A DNA stretch of 64,000 nucleotides from an uncultured delta proteobacterium. GTDB taxonomy: Bacteria; Desulfobacterota; Desulfobacteria; Desulfobacterales; B30-G6. The stretch lies in assembly GCA_963823335.1 (NCBI GenBank), contig CAWGLD010000001.1:1632001-1696000 (forward strand). The letters are read 5' to 3'. The notes under the pieces were generated by a model. That model made no database searches and was not told where the DNA came from. It saw only the letters and a program-made list of their open reading frames with translations. Shown here in pieces: positions 27,678-37,938 of this stretch. Within the stretch, counting starts at the first letter, position 1; every line of letters begins with the position of its first letter. Both the position numbers and the translations under genes were made by a program.

Positions 27678-29309
27678 TCATGCTACTTTCATGAACGGGT
27701 ATTGATAGTCTCTGGGCGGCGCGAAGTTTTCCTTGACTGTCTGGGCCGAGACCCATCGAATCAGGTTCAGATAGCTGCCGGCCTTGTCATTGGTGCCGGA
27801 TGCCCTGGAGCCACCAAAGGGTTGCTGGCCCACGACGGCACCGGTCGGTTTGTCGTTGATGTAAAAGTTACCTGCGCTATTGTATAGGATTTTTTCCGCC
27901 AAGGCAATTGCCTTGCGCTCCTTTGCGAAAACAGCACCCGTCAGGCCATAGGGGGATGTCTTGTCGCACAGATCGAGGGTGGCTTGATATTGATCGTCTT
28001 CGTAGACAAATACCGTCACCACCGGCCCAAAGATTTCTTCTTGCATGGTCACAAAATGGGGGTCCCTGGTCTCGATCAGTGTGGGCTCTATGAAGTATCC
28101 ATTCCTGTCATCGCCATGGCCGCCGAAAAGTATTCTGGCCTGATCGGTGGATCCGGCTTTTTCGATATAGCCCATGATGTTGTCATATGAGGTCTGGTCA
28201 ATGACCGCGTTCATGAAATTGGAAAAGTCCCTCACATCACCCCTCTTGATGGTTTGGATCATGGATAGAAGTGTGGATTTCAACTCAGACCATTTGGATC
28301 GTGGCACATACACACGAGAGCAGGCGGAACACTTCTGTCCCTGGTATTCATATCCGGCACGAACGATGGCGGTGGCTGTTTCCTCGATGTCGGCCGAATG
28401 GTGCATGAACAGGTAGCCCTTGCCGCCGGTTTCACCCACGAGCCTGGGATAATTTTTATACCTGCCGATATGTTGTGCTGTCTTGAGCCACATGGACTGA
28501 AATGTTTTCGTGGCGCCTGTGAAGTGCACACCTGCCAGGTTAGGATCTGTCAGGACGGTCTCGGCGATGGCTGTCCCCGGACCGGGAATGAAGTTGATGA
28601 CGCCGCCCGGCAGGCCGGCCTCCGCGAACAACTGCATCAGATAATAGTTGGACAACACGGAACTGGATGAAGGTTTCCACACCAGGGTATTGCCCATGAG
28701 GGTTGGCGCAGTGGTCAGGTTGCCGGCGATGGCAGTAAAGTTAAAGGGGGTTATGGCGGCAATAAAGCCTTCCAAGGGTCGATATGCCATGCGGTTCCTG
28801 GTTCCCGGTGTCGATTCCGGTTGGTTGGAATAGATCTCGTTCGCAAAGTGAACATTGAACCGCAAAAAGTCCGCCAGTTCGCACGCAGCTTCGATCTCGG
28901 CCTGGTAAACCGATTTTGATTGACCCAGCATGGTGGCGGCATTGAGGATATAACGGTAGCGGGTCGATATCAGATCGGCCATTTTCATAAATATGGACGC
29001 CCGGTGAGACCAGTTCATGTCCGACCAGGCTTGTTTGGCCTGCAGGGCGGCATTGATGGCCATGCTGACCTCTTTGGCGCCGGCCTGATGATAGACTGCC
29101 AGTACGTGCCGGTGTTCATGGGGGCAGACCACCTTGGCCGTACGGCCGGTATAGATCTCCCGGTCGCCGATGATGAGAGGGATTTCAATCTCCTGCGTAT
29201 ATTGTCTTTCCAGTTCTGCTTTCAGCAATCTTTTTTCATGAGAGCCCGGAAGGTATTCTTTGACGGGCTCGTTGTACGGCCTAGGTATGCTTGCGTATGT
29301 ATTGTTCAT
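27678..29309 (-). CDS. pruA: L-glutamate gamma-semialdehyde (P5C) dehydrogenase
   Basis: PFNFTAI, GETGGK, YQGQKCSA, NDKPTGAVVGQQPFGG, SGTNDKAG. Confidence 0.95.
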   Translation of the reverse strand: MNNTYASIPRPYNEPVKEYLPGSHEKRLLKAELERQYTQEIEIPLIIGDREIYTGRTAKVVCPHEHRHVLAVYHQAGAKEVSMAINAALQAKQAWSDMNWSHRASIFMKMADLISTRYRYILNAATMLGQSKSVYQAEIEAACELADFLRFNVHFANEIYSNQPESTPGTRNRMAYRPLEGFIAAITPFNFTAIAGNLTTAPTLMGNTLVWKPSSSSVLSNYYLMQLFAEAGLPGGVINFIPGPGTAIAETVLTDPNLAGVHFTGATKTFQSMWLKTAQHIGRYKNYPRLVGETGGKGYLFMHHSADIEETATAIVRAGYEYQGQKCSACSRVYVPRSKWSELKSTLLSMIQTIKRGDVRDFSNFMNAVIDQTSYDNIMGYIEKAGSTDQARILFGGHGDDRNGYFIEPTLIETRDPHFVTMQEEIFGPVVTVFVYEDDQYQATLDLCDKTSPYGLTGAVFAKERKAIALAEKILYNSAGNFYINDKPTGAVVGQQPFGGSRASGTNDKAGSYLNLIRWVSAQTVKENFAPPRDYQYPFMKVA

Positions 29310-29572
29310 AATTGCATCCTTCCGTTTGAAGGCGAACATGCTCGCTGTAAATGGTGTTTACCCTTCTGGTTGCATGAAACCCCGGTCTGAGAGTCAGTAA
29401 CTCAGGACGAGGTGCCGGAGCTTCTCTATCTTGGGACGTTGCCTAACCCTAAACAATAACAGACGTCATTAATATAGTCATTGTCTTATCTAAAAACAAC
29501 GTGTGTGTTAAAACTGAAGGCAGTTGCATCTTGCCAGAAGATGATTAACCTTTTTAAATGACACTGAAATTT

Positions 29573-29651
29573 AAGAACCTCACAGCATGCTGCGAGGAAT
29601 GTTCTGCCTTACGGCAGATCCTACGGGGAATGCGCTCGCTTTTTCGGTTCA
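29573..29651 (+). repeat. IS200/IS605-end-like palindromic repeat, copy 1
   Basis: AAGAACCtCaCAGCAtGCTGCGAGGAAT...GGAATGCGCTCGCT..CGGTTCA; related to 48266-48313. Confidence 0.7.
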
Positions 29652-29790
29652 TGAACACCGGCATAGTGCTATTTGTAACCGGTGATGGCAATATTCTCTG
29701 CATACTTTGGAAAAATGGAATGTGTTTTCATTTGACCAAGGTCCAGCGGAACGTTATTATTCATCACAAGGCTGTTTAAGGAGAACTCTT

Positions 29791-30024
29791 ATGTACCAGA
29801 AAAATGAATTATGTGAAAAAATAAGATCCTTATACCCCGAATTGGGACACTGCGGTATCGATCTGGCCGTGGACTACGATGACATGGAAAAGAGTTGGGT
29901 CGTTTTCATCAACAGGGGAAATTACCAGGTTAAACATTTTCTGCCGGATGAGGATGCAGATGTTTGCATGCTCGGGCAACGCTGTGTGGGTTTAGGTCTC
30001 GAGATCGCCCAGTTCAGGAACTGA
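29791..30024 (+). CDS. Small hypothetical protein (77 aa, 4 Cys)
   Basis: AAGGAG RBS; MYQKNELCEKIRSLYPELGHCGID...CVGLGLEIAQ. Confidence 0.75.
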   Translation: MYQKNELCEKIRSLYPELGHCGIDLAVDYDDMEKSWVVFINRGNYQVKHFLPDEDADVCMLGQRCVGLGLEIAQFRN

Positions 30025-30231
30025 CCTCTTTATTCGAAACCCAAACCCCTTGTAAACTCTCAATAATAATCTTCAGGCAGTCTTGCGATGCTTGAAAAAC
30101 AATAAAAGGGGAGATTTGCCTCGTCCTTCGGGTTCAAGGGTGTCGAGTGTTTCATTTCTTGATCCTGACCCGGGCGTATTTGCTCAGGCATCTCCTGCTC
30201 GGACTGTCGCATTTTCATATTTTATCTGGGG

Positions 30232-31050
30232 TCAGGACGACCATTGCGGTGCTCTTTTTTCCAGAAAAGCCCCTATCCCCTCGATACACTGGCCACTCAG
30301 GATATTGTCGGCAGCTTGTTCGGTTTCCAGTGACAAGGCTTCGGTTTCCGGCATATCCATGGCGGCAGCGACGATCCGTTTGACACATTTGAGGGCCTGG
30401 GGTCCATTGGCTATGAGGCTTTTCACATAAGTGTCAACCTGTCCCAGGAAGTTCTCCCTGGCAAAGACATGATTGATCAGCCCTATGGCCAGGGCTTCAT
30501 GTGGATCGATCGTGCGTGCTGAAAAGATCAGTTCTTTGGCCCGTCCGGGTCCCACCAGCCGGCTCAGACGCACGGTTCCTCCGAGATCCGGGATGAGACC
30601 CAGGCGTGTTTCCTGGAAGCAGAGCGTGGCACCACTGCAGGCGATGCGGATATCACAGGCCAGGGCCAGTTCCAACCCGCCACTGTAGCAGAGTCCGTTG
30701 ATGGCGGCGATGGTGGGGAAGGGGAGCTGGGCAAGCATGGATAGTATCCCCTGCATGTAGGCAATGCCGCCCAGAATGGTTTCCCGATCCTTTTCCTGGA
30801 GACCCGCAAACAAACTGGAAATAAGCGGATCCGAAGGGTGGACATCGACTCCGGCCGAAAAAACACCCGGCGCAGCACCTGTGATCACCATTGCCCGGAT
30901 ATCGGTTCGTGATGAAAGGGTGTTAAAATAGTTTTCGAACAAATGCCAGCATTCGGAATTGATGGCATTTTTCATGTCTGGGCGATTCATCCGAATAAAG
31001 GCGATTCCATCATTTTCGTCGTACAATAACGGGTTGCTGTTTTCCTTCAT
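30232..31050 (-). CDS. Enoyl-CoA hydratase/isomerase family protein
   Basis: NRPDMKNA, FSAGVD, GGLELALACD, ETRLGLIPDLGG. Confidence 0.93.
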   Translation of the reverse strand: MKENSNPLLYDENDGIAFIRMNRPDMKNAINSECWHLFENYFNTLSSRTDIRAMVITGAAPGVFSAGVDVHPSDPLISSLFAGLQEKDRETILGGIAYMQGILSMLAQLPFPTIAAINGLCYSGGLELALACDIRIACSGATLCFQETRLGLIPDLGGTVRLSRLVGPGRAKELIFSARTIDPHEALAIGLINHVFARENFLGQVDTYVKSLIANGPQALKCVKRIVAAAMDMPETEALSLETEQAADNILSGQCIEGIGAFLEKRAPQWSS

Positions 31051-31127
31051 GGTTCCTCCTTGTTCTATTGATACCATTCATGTAATAAATTCCGATAGCA
31101 ATTGCAATTGATTCAGGGAGGAGTGAC

Positions 31128-32132
31128 ATGTCACGTCCGCAACCTTCAAACAGTATGACAAGCCGTGGGCGCTTCCTGGAAGTTATGCGATTCGGGCAGC
31201 CGGATCGTGTGCCTTATTTTGAAGAGGGCATTCGAGATGAGGTCATCCATGTCTGGCAGAGACAGGGTCTTTCCGGAAGGCGCGAATTGGCAAGCGCGTT
31301 CCCTTCGGATGTGCGCGAGAGAATGGAGCTGGATCTGGACCCGCATCCTGAATTGAAAAAATGGCCCACCACAGAAAAGGATTTGGATTTTTTCAGACAA
31401 CATCTAAGTCCGGGGGACCCGAAGCGGTTTCCCGGGCGATGGAAACAGCGTGTCCGGAGCTGGCAACATCGCCAGCATGTACTGATGCTGCATGTCCATC
31501 AAGGTTTTTTTTTAAGTATGGGTGTCGGGTGCTGGCAACGCTTTTACGAGGTCATGACCCAGCTGGTGGACAGCCCCGGCCTGGTGTATAATATGATGAT
31601 GGCCAAAGGCCGGCTTGCCGCGGCGCTTACCGAAAAAGTGCTCCAGGACGTCAACGTGGATGCCGTCATTTTCAGTGAACCCATCGGCGGCAACGAGGGC
31701 CCCCTGCTATCACCCAAAATGTATGAAGACATTGTCCTGAAAAGCTATCGGCCCCTCCTGGAGGTTCTGCATCGTCACCGTGTGGAGATCATTATTTTCA
31801 AAACCTTTGCCAATGCCAGGATTCTGATTCCCAGCATCCTGAAATGGGGCTTCAACGGGCTGTGGGCGTGTGAAGTCAATATCGAAGCCATGGACTACCG
31901 CAGCATTCGCAAGGAATACGGCAGAGATCTGAGGCTCATCGGCGGTATCGACCTGGATGCACTGCGCAGCAGCAAGGCGGACATCGAGAAGGAAATCCAG
32001 ACAAAGGTACCCCCCTTGATCGATCAGGGGGGGTATATCCCCCTGGCGGACGGTCGTGTGCGGGAGGATGTTTCTTATGAAAATTATCGTTATTATCGAG
32101 AACTGCTGCGAAGCATTATCGAAAAAGGATAG
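31128..32132 (+). CDS. Uroporphyrinogen decarboxylase/MtaA-like family protein
   Basis: PDRVP, GPLLSP, LIGGID, GGYIP. Confidence 0.8.
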   Translation: MSRPQPSNSMTSRGRFLEVMRFGQPDRVPYFEEGIRDEVIHVWQRQGLSGRRELASAFPSDVRERMELDLDPHPELKKWPTTEKDLDFFRQHLSPGDPKRFPGRWKQRVRSWQHRQHVLMLHVHQGFFLSMGVGCWQRFYEVMTQLVDSPGLVYNMMMAKGRLAAALTEKVLQDVNVDAVIFSEPIGGNEGPLLSPKMYEDIVLKSYRPLLEVLHRHRVEIIIFKTFANARILIPSILKWGFNGLWACEVNIEAMDYRSIRKEYGRDLRLIGGIDLDALRSSKADIEKEIQTKVPPLIDQGGYIPLADGRVREDVSYENYRYYRELLRSIIEKG

Positions 32133-32136
32133 ACAA

Positions 32137-32172
32137 TAAGCCATGAGCATTAAGCTGTAAGCAGAAAGCTCA
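32137..32172. repeat. Heptamer repeat tract
   Basis: taagccatgagcattaagctgtaagcagaaagctca. Confidence 0.7.
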
Positions 32173-32217
32173 GATGGTAAAAATTTCAGGTTTCGGATAT
32201 TCTGATGGAAATAAATA

Positions 32218-32262
32218 AAAGCGGCGCAGCCGCGTCACATAGCATCGCAACGCGATGCTATC
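32218..32262. repeat. REP-like double hairpin
   Basis: GCGGC-GCA-GCCGC followed by ATAGCATCGC-AAC-GCGATGCTAT. Confidence 0.7.
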
Positions 32263-33238
32263 AAGGTATCAGAATCGTAGACCCGGTGGTCTTTCTAGCT
32301 TCCAGATCCCGGTGTGCAACGGGTACCTCTGACAACGGATAGGTCTGGCCGATGGAAATTTTTACGGCACCCCTCTGGACGACATCGAAAAGATCCTTTG
32401 CATGCGCCAGGAGGTCCTCCCGCTTCTCGGTATAGGTCATGAGACTCGGTCTTGTCAGAAACAGAGAGCCCTTGGCTGCCAGAACGCCCAGTTCCAGGGG
32501 CGGTACCGCACCGGATGACTGTCCAAAAGTGACCATGGTGCCAAGAGGCTGCAGGCATTCCAGTGACTTCATGAAAGTGGCCTGGCCCACGGAATCATAC
32601 ACAACATTGACACCTCTGCCGTTGGTGATTTCCCTGACGGCTTCCACAAAGTCTTCCTGGGAGTAAAGAATCGGGTGATCACATCCGTTGGAGCGTGCTT
32701 TCTTCGCCTTTTCAGCCGAACCGACCGTGCCGATAACGGTGGCACCGATGTCGTGGGCCCATTGAGAGACAATGGATCCGACCCCCCCTGAGGCGGCGTG
32801 GATGAGGATGGTGTCGCCCGGGGCAACAGGGTAGCAGGCCCGTATGAGGTAGCGTGCGGTCATGCCCTTGAGCATCATGGCGGCTGTTGTCTCAAATGAC
32901 AAGCTGTCGGGTATCTTTACCAGACGATGCGCGGGGATACAGCGAATCTGGGCGTAGGCGCCCGGGGGAAGCCCGGCATAAGCTACGCGGTCGCCCACCA
33001 CCAGGTCGTTCACATGCTGTCCCACAGCTTCCACGACACCGGATCCTTCCATGCCGGGTATGGCCGGCAGTGCCGGGAGCGGATAGAGTCCGGTGCGGTG
33101 ATAGACATCGATAAAATTGAGCCCGATGGCCTCGTGTCGGATCCGAACCTGACCCGGACCAGGTGTGCCCGGATCGAAATCTTCCCACTTCAGAACTTCC
33201 GGGCCTCCATTGGTATAAAATTTTATGGCTTTGGGCAT
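32261..33238 (-). CDS. qor: NADPH:quinone oxidoreductase (MDR family)
   Basis: GLNFIDVYHRTGLY, HAASGGVG, FGQSSG, KGSLFLTRP. Confidence 0.92.
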   Translation of the reverse strand: MPKAIKFYTNGGPEVLKWEDFDPGTPGPGQVRIRHEAIGLNFIDVYHRTGLYPLPALPAIPGMEGSGVVEAVGQHVNDLVVGDRVAYAGLPPGAYAQIRCIPAHRLVKIPDSLSFETTAAMMLKGMTARYLIRACYPVAPGDTILIHAASGGVGSIVSQWAHDIGATVIGTVGSAEKAKKARSNGCDHPILYSQEDFVEAVREITNGRGVNVVYDSVGQATFMKSLECLQPLGTMVTFGQSSGAVPPLELGVLAAKGSLFLTRPSLMTYTEKREDLLAHAKDLFDVVQRGAVKISIGQTYPLSEVPVAHRDLEARKTTGSTILIP

Positions 33239-33326
33239 GTTATCCCTCCTTTTTTTGACTTGCTGGAAAAAATGATTAGTACATTGTAGTATAGGAACGA
33301 AAACGGACAAATCAAATCAAACGAAC

Positions 33327-33472
33327 TAGAACCCATCTCAAAAATAGGATTTTGTTTCAAGATCAAGGCGATCTCAAGTTTCAACCCGCAGGAATACTTT
33401 TGTATTTTGAGGAGTTGAAACGAGAGAGCAACACAGAGATTGGGACAAAAAACATTTTTGAGACAGGTTCTA
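33327..33472. mobile_element. MITE-like palindromic element (146 bp)
   Basis: Terminal inverted repeats TAGAACCCATCTCAAAAAT / ATTTTTGAGACAGGTTCTA with TA at both ends; long internal hairpin; no ORF. Confidence 0.75.
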
Positions 33473-33553
33473 TAGAAACCCTATTTTAACCGGTATGGTA
33501 GTTGATCTTACATTGTGACAGGGGTTTAGCCGGAATACAAGGTGGTAATAAAT

Positions 33554-34579
33554 ATGAAACAAAATGAGGGTAAATTCGAACTGGCTACATTTGCGGGTGG
33601 CTGCTTCTGGTGTATTGAAGCGGATTTTAGAAAAGTTGCGGGGGTTTTGGATGTCGTGTCGGGGTATACCGGCGGGGACACGGATAACCCGGCCTATCAG
33701 GATGTTTGCAGCGGTGTCGGCGGCCATGTGGAGGCCGTTCAGGTCCGGTATGATCCCCAACGAGTTTCATACCGGGAGCTGCTGGACGTTTTCTGGCGGC
33801 ATGTCGACCCGACCGATGGTGAAGGGCAATTTGTGGACAGGGGTCCCCAGTATCGGACAGTCATATTCACCCATTCAGAGGATCAGCAGCGTATGGCCGG
33901 GGAATCCAGGCAGGCCCTGGACCGGTCCGGCATCTTCCCTAAACCTGTTCTTACCGAAATTGTCCCTTTCACGGTATTCTACAAGGCTGAGGATTATCAT
34001 CAGGGATATCACAGAAAAGATCCTCTGCGGTATGCCAATTATCGTCGAAATTCCGGAAGAGATCAATTCCTGACATCCGTCTGGAAAGAAAAAGAAGAAG
34101 AGCGGGCTGATTCTTTGAAAACGGAGGTCCATCGACCGAGACCTTCGGACGGCGAACTACGTGTAAAATTGTCACCTCTGCAATACAATGTGACTCAGCA
34201 GAACGCCACAGAGCCGCCTTTTCAAAACACCCATTGGGACAACAAAAAACCAGGCATCTACGTGGACATTGTAACCGGGGAGCCCCTGTTCAGTTCCCTG
34301 GACAAATTTGATTCAGGTTCTGGCTGGCCCAGCTTTACACGCCCTATGGCACCGGACAATATCGTGGAGAAGAAGGACCATACGCTTTTCGCGGTCCGGA
34401 CCGAAGTCCGCAGTCGTCATGGTGACTCTCACCTGGGCCATGTTTTTGATGATGGACCCCGGCCTACAGGGCTGCGCTACTGTATCAATTCCGCATCTCT
34501 CAGGTTTATTCCCAGGGAAGATCTGGAAAAAGAAGGCTATGAAGCTTTTTCAACTCTTTTTCAGGATGGATCGGCGTGA
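33554..34579 (+). CDS. msrAB: Bifunctional methionine sulfoxide reductase MsrA/MsrB
   Basis: [32 protein letters not shown]. Confidence 0.96.
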   Translation: MKQNEGKFELATFAGGCFWCIEADFRKVAGVLDVVSGYTGGDTDNPAYQDVCSGVGGHVEAVQVRYDPQRVSYRELLDVFWRHVDPTDGEGQFVDRGPQYRTVIFTHSEDQQRMAGESRQALDRSGIFPKPVLTEIVPFTVFYKAEDYHQGYHRKDPLRYANYRRNSGRDQFLTSVWKEKEEERADSLKTEVHRPRPSDGELRVKLSPLQYNVTQQNATEPPFQNTHWDNKKPGIYVDIVTGEPLFSSLDKFDSGSGWPSFTRPMAPDNIVEKKDHTLFAVRTEVRSRHGDSHLGHVFDDGPRPTGLRYCINSASLRFIPREDLEKEGYEAFSTLFQDGSA

Positions 34580-36583
34580 AGCTTTTTCCACCTTCCTCAA
34601 TGACACCCGGGTCGTATTGAATCGGGGTCCATTACCCATGGTCTGTGGTTGACTGCTTGTCAGGCTGTTCTGGGCAATACCGTCCAGGTCCGCGGCTTCC
34701 TTGGGAGACCAGACAACACCTTGCGGCAGGGCTTCTGAAATGACAGCCTGCAGCCTGAGACGGCCGAGGTGGTTTCGCAGTAGAACGATTTCTCCATCGT
34801 CAATACCAGCGTTGGCAGCATCTTTCGGATTGATATGAACCACTGCGGGGATGTTCCCGTAGACTTCCTGGAATTGGGTATGGGTATGGTTTGACACGGA
34901 ACTGGTCATGAAAATGAATTGTCCTGTTCCCGCCACCCATTCCTTCTGCGTCGGCATAGGGGTATGGCCTCTCGCCAGTGCCCCATCGGCGTAAAATTCA
35001 ATTTTACCGGAAGGTGTTGGATAGTGATGCCTGGGTTTGCGTGCAAGCCTGAGACGCCTGCCGGACATCAGGTCCTGCATATTCCCTTTTTCAAACGCAT
35101 CCCGCATGGCGAACGTTATGGCCGTGAGGGCATCTTCGTAAAGCCATGGTTCTTGTAATCCTAAACGACGGGCAAGATCTGTCATGACCTGGATTTCATG
35201 GCGACTGTCGGTCACGGGTGAGATAACCTGCCGGCTGTACTGGACACAGTTGTGACTGTCCGGAATGACGATATCTTCTTTTTCCAGGAATGTGGGGGCC
35301 GGCAAGACAATGTCAGCGAGCTTCGCCGTCTCGGTCCAGTGGGATTCATGAACAATCAGAAACAGGTCGTCGCGGGCCAGGCCTTCTTGAAACGATTTCT
35401 GGTTGGGGAGCGTCATGGCAGGATTCATGCAGCTGACGTACACAACTGAAAATTCGCCTTTTTTGATGTGATCGGCCACGGCAACCTGTTGGATGATTTT
35501 CGGCGTCCTGTTTGCCAACGACTTTCCGCTGATGAGCGGTCTGTCCAGAAGGTAGGCACTGCCATTCCCATAAAAAAAGCCCCGGTGGATCCCCAGTATG
35601 GACGGTATCATGGCCACGGCCCTCGCCTGGTCCGCGCCGTTTTCACAGTGCTGAAGACCATAACCGATAAGGGTCATGCTCGGCTTTTTATCGGCATACA
35701 GATTTGTCAGCGATTGCAGTCTGTCCGGCGAAACACCGCTAACCCGCTGGATGCTTTCGGAGGTCCACTTTGCCGCCTCTGCTTTCAAGCGGTCAAATCC
35801 GTAAGTCCATTTTTCGATAAATGGGGCATCGGTATTCCCGGATGTGATAAGCCGGTTAAGAAGACCGTAAACCAGAGCCACATCCGTGCCCGGTTTTGTC
35901 CGGATCCACAGGTCAGCCTTTTTGGCCGTGTCTGTCTGGATAGGATCCACCACAACGATCGTGGTCTGTCCTCTTTTTCGGGCTGTGAGGGCCAGATGCC
36001 ATATATGGGGCGCACTCACCGCTGCATTGAATCCCCAGAAAACAAGGAGTTTCATGGAGGGTATCTCCAGCGGATTGGCACCGTAACTGTCACCATAATG
36101 CATGGATATGCCGGTATGTCCTGATTTACTGCACAGGGCGCCGTCGGTTTGAGCGGCACCCAATGCATTCCACAAGCGATTTGGAAAGGCATTGGCCATC
36201 AGACCGGTGTTTCCGGCATAATTTAGAAAAAGAATCCCATGGGGTCCTTGTTTGGCAATGGTATGGGCGAGTTTGCGGGATATGAGATCGAGGCTCCGGT
36301 CCCAGCTGATCCTTTTGAAACCGGTGGTCTCTTTTACAAAGGGACGGTCGATGCGATTGGATAGCAGTCTGTCCCGGTCCCTGGCACTTCTGGGACAGAT
36401 TTTTCCTCTGGTCAGCGGGTGCCCGGCATCCCCATGAACGGATGTGATTTGTTGATGTTCATCAACATGGAAAACCAGCGAACAGGCATCATAGCAATCA
36501 CGGGCACAGACAGTTTTGATCGGGTTTGTTGTATTCGTTGGGTTTATTGGGTTCATTGAGTTTATTTCGTTTGTTGGGCACAT
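34550..36583 (-). CDS. Molybdopterin oxidoreductase, catalytic subunit
   Basis: CARDCYDAC...C Fe-S motif, [27 protein letters not shown]; start uncertain. Confidence 0.9.
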   Translation of the reverse strand: MCPTNEINSMNPINPTNTTNPIKTVCARDCYDACSLVFHVDEHQQITSVHGDAGHPLTRGKICPRSARDRDRLLSNRIDRPFVKETTGFKRISWDRSLDLISRKLAHTIAKQGPHGILFLNYAGNTGLMANAFPNRLWNALGAAQTDGALCSKSGHTGISMHYGDSYGANPLEIPSMKLLVFWGFNAAVSAPHIWHLALTARKRGQTTIVVVDPIQTDTAKKADLWIRTKPGTDVALVYGLLNRLITSGNTDAPFIEKWTYGFDRLKAEAAKWTSESIQRVSGVSPDRLQSLTNLYADKKPSMTLIGYGLQHCENGADQARAVAMIPSILGIHRGFFYGNGSAYLLDRPLISGKSLANRTPKIIQQVAVADHIKKGEFSVVYVSCMNPAMTLPNQKSFQEGLARDDLFLIVHESHWTETAKLADIVLPAPTFLEKEDIVIPDSHNCVQYSRQVISPVTDSRHEIQVMTDLARRLGLQEPWLYEDALTAITFAMRDAFEKGNMQDLMSGRRLRLARKPRHHYPTPSGKIEFYADGALARGHTPMPTQKEWVAGTGQFIFMTSSVSNHTHTQFQEVYGNIPAVVHINPKDAANAGIDDGEIVLLRNHLGRLRLQAVISEALPQGVVWSPKEAADLDGIAQNSLTSSQPQTMGNGPRFNTTRVSLRKVEKASRRSILKKS

Positions 36584-36662
36584 AATGCTTGGAGGCCGGG
36601 AAGCTATGGTGCTGCCGTCAGTTCATGGCTTTTAGCTACCTTCCAACCCTTGAACCCTTCTC

Positions 36663-37802
36663 TTAATTGATACACCGGATGATATCTTCTCCAAATTCAC
36701 GAATCTGCCATGATTTGAGGCTGGCGATGTCATATAAATCGCGTACGGTGCCGGGAGAGATCCTGACGATGTCCATTGTCTGGGATTTGTTCAAAAGCAG
36801 AGAGGGGTCGATGGCCAGACCGGCCGCTTTTTTTTCTTTCCAGCTTTTCAGTTTTTTTGCTAAACGGATCTTCGATTCCGGCAACCTGGCCACACGTGTC
36901 CTGGGGTAAACCGGAAGACAGTCCTGCGGCTTTTTCAGGCCTTTGTCGACAGCGTCCAGAAGCTGGGAGCCATACATGCCGATCTGCCTGGCGCTCAGGG
37001 CACGGCTCGTTTCCAGGGTTTCCCTTGTCTGGGGTTTTGTTCGAACCAGGGTCAGCAAAGTATTGTTACCGACAATTTTGAAAAGCGGAAGGTCTTTTTT
37101 TCGGGCAGCCCGTATACGCCAGATCAGAAGTTCTTCAAGGACAGCCAGGTCTTCCGGTGACAACCTGCCTGCCCCTTTGAAGCTGAGAAACAAGGGCTTG
37201 GCATTTGTTGTGTTGGGTCGGACGTTACTCAGCAGATCACACTCTTCCTCGACCCAGGATAAACGATTTTTCTGGGAAAGATCTTCCTCCAGGAGCTTCG
37301 CCAGGGAAAGCAGGTGGTGAACATCCCCGGCTGCATAGGATATCATGGCCTCAGGCAGCGGTCTCATGGACCAGTCTTTTTTCTGGTATTTTTTCTCCAG
37401 CTTGACATTGAAGAAGGTCTGAAGCATGGCATCCAGACCACTTTGCTGGAAACCCAGGAATCGGGAGGCCAATTCCGTATCGAAAAGGTTGTGAATAATA
37501 ATGTCGAAATCTCTGAAAAGAGAGCGGACATCATAGTCGGAACCATGGAAAACCTTTTTGACCCGGCGGTTTCCGAACAGGGGTTTCAGTGCTGATAGAT
37601 CCTTGACCTGTATGGGGTCCACGATAAACAGGTGGCGGTCCGAGGCTATCTGGATCAGACAGACTTTTTCCTGAAAGTGGAACATGGAGTCAGCCTCCAG
37701 ATCTACGGCCACGGCATCGACACCCCGGAGGGCTTTTAAAACAATCTCCAAACCGGACAATGTGTTCACAAATTCGAATTGGAATTCAGAATCCTGCTGC
37801 AT
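36663..37802 (-). CDS. rnd: Ribonuclease D (DEDD exonuclease plus HRDC)
   Basis: AVDLEAD, KVFHGSDYD, FDTE, DWSMRPL, YAAGDV. Confidence 0.93.
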   Translation of the reverse strand: MQQDSEFQFEFVNTLSGLEIVLKALRGVDAVAVDLEADSMFHFQEKVCLIQIASDRHLFIVDPIQVKDLSALKPLFGNRRVKKVFHGSDYDVRSLFRDFDIIIHNLFDTELASRFLGFQQSGLDAMLQTFFNVKLEKKYQKKDWSMRPLPEAMISYAAGDVHHLLSLAKLLEEDLSQKNRLSWVEEECDLLSNVRPNTTNAKPLFLSFKGAGRLSPEDLAVLEELLIWRIRAARKKDLPLFKIVGNNTLLTLVRTKPQTRETLETSRALSARQIGMYGSQLLDAVDKGLKKPQDCLPVYPRTRVARLPESKIRLAKKLKSWKEKKAAGLAIDPSLLLNKSQTMDIVRISPGTVRDLYDIASLKSWQIREFGEDIIRCIN

Positions 37803-37899
37803 GTCTCTCCAATTTCTTCTTGACCCAGTGTTGCAATTGGCCTAAATAAAAAAGTTTACGGGTAGTAGAACAAGCGCCCGGGAAGCTCTCTTAACACAT

Positions 37900-37922
37900 A
37901 TAAAATCGTAAAACGATTTTAT
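37900..37922. repeat. Palindrome of the REP-like family in the thrS leader
   Basis: ATAAAATCGTAAAACGATTTTAT, exact reverse complement of 3331-3353. Confidence 0.7.
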
Positions 37923-37938
37923 AACAAGGTGACAAACA

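Noticed and set aside
29412-29422. 11-bp match (GCTCCGGCACC) to the tRNA-Leu 3' end as an att site
   Set aside because: Short, inverted relative to the tRNA, and there is no integrase, so it is likely chance
33554-34579. MsrAB as a further selenoprotein
   Set aside because: Uninterrupted frame with Cys at both active sites
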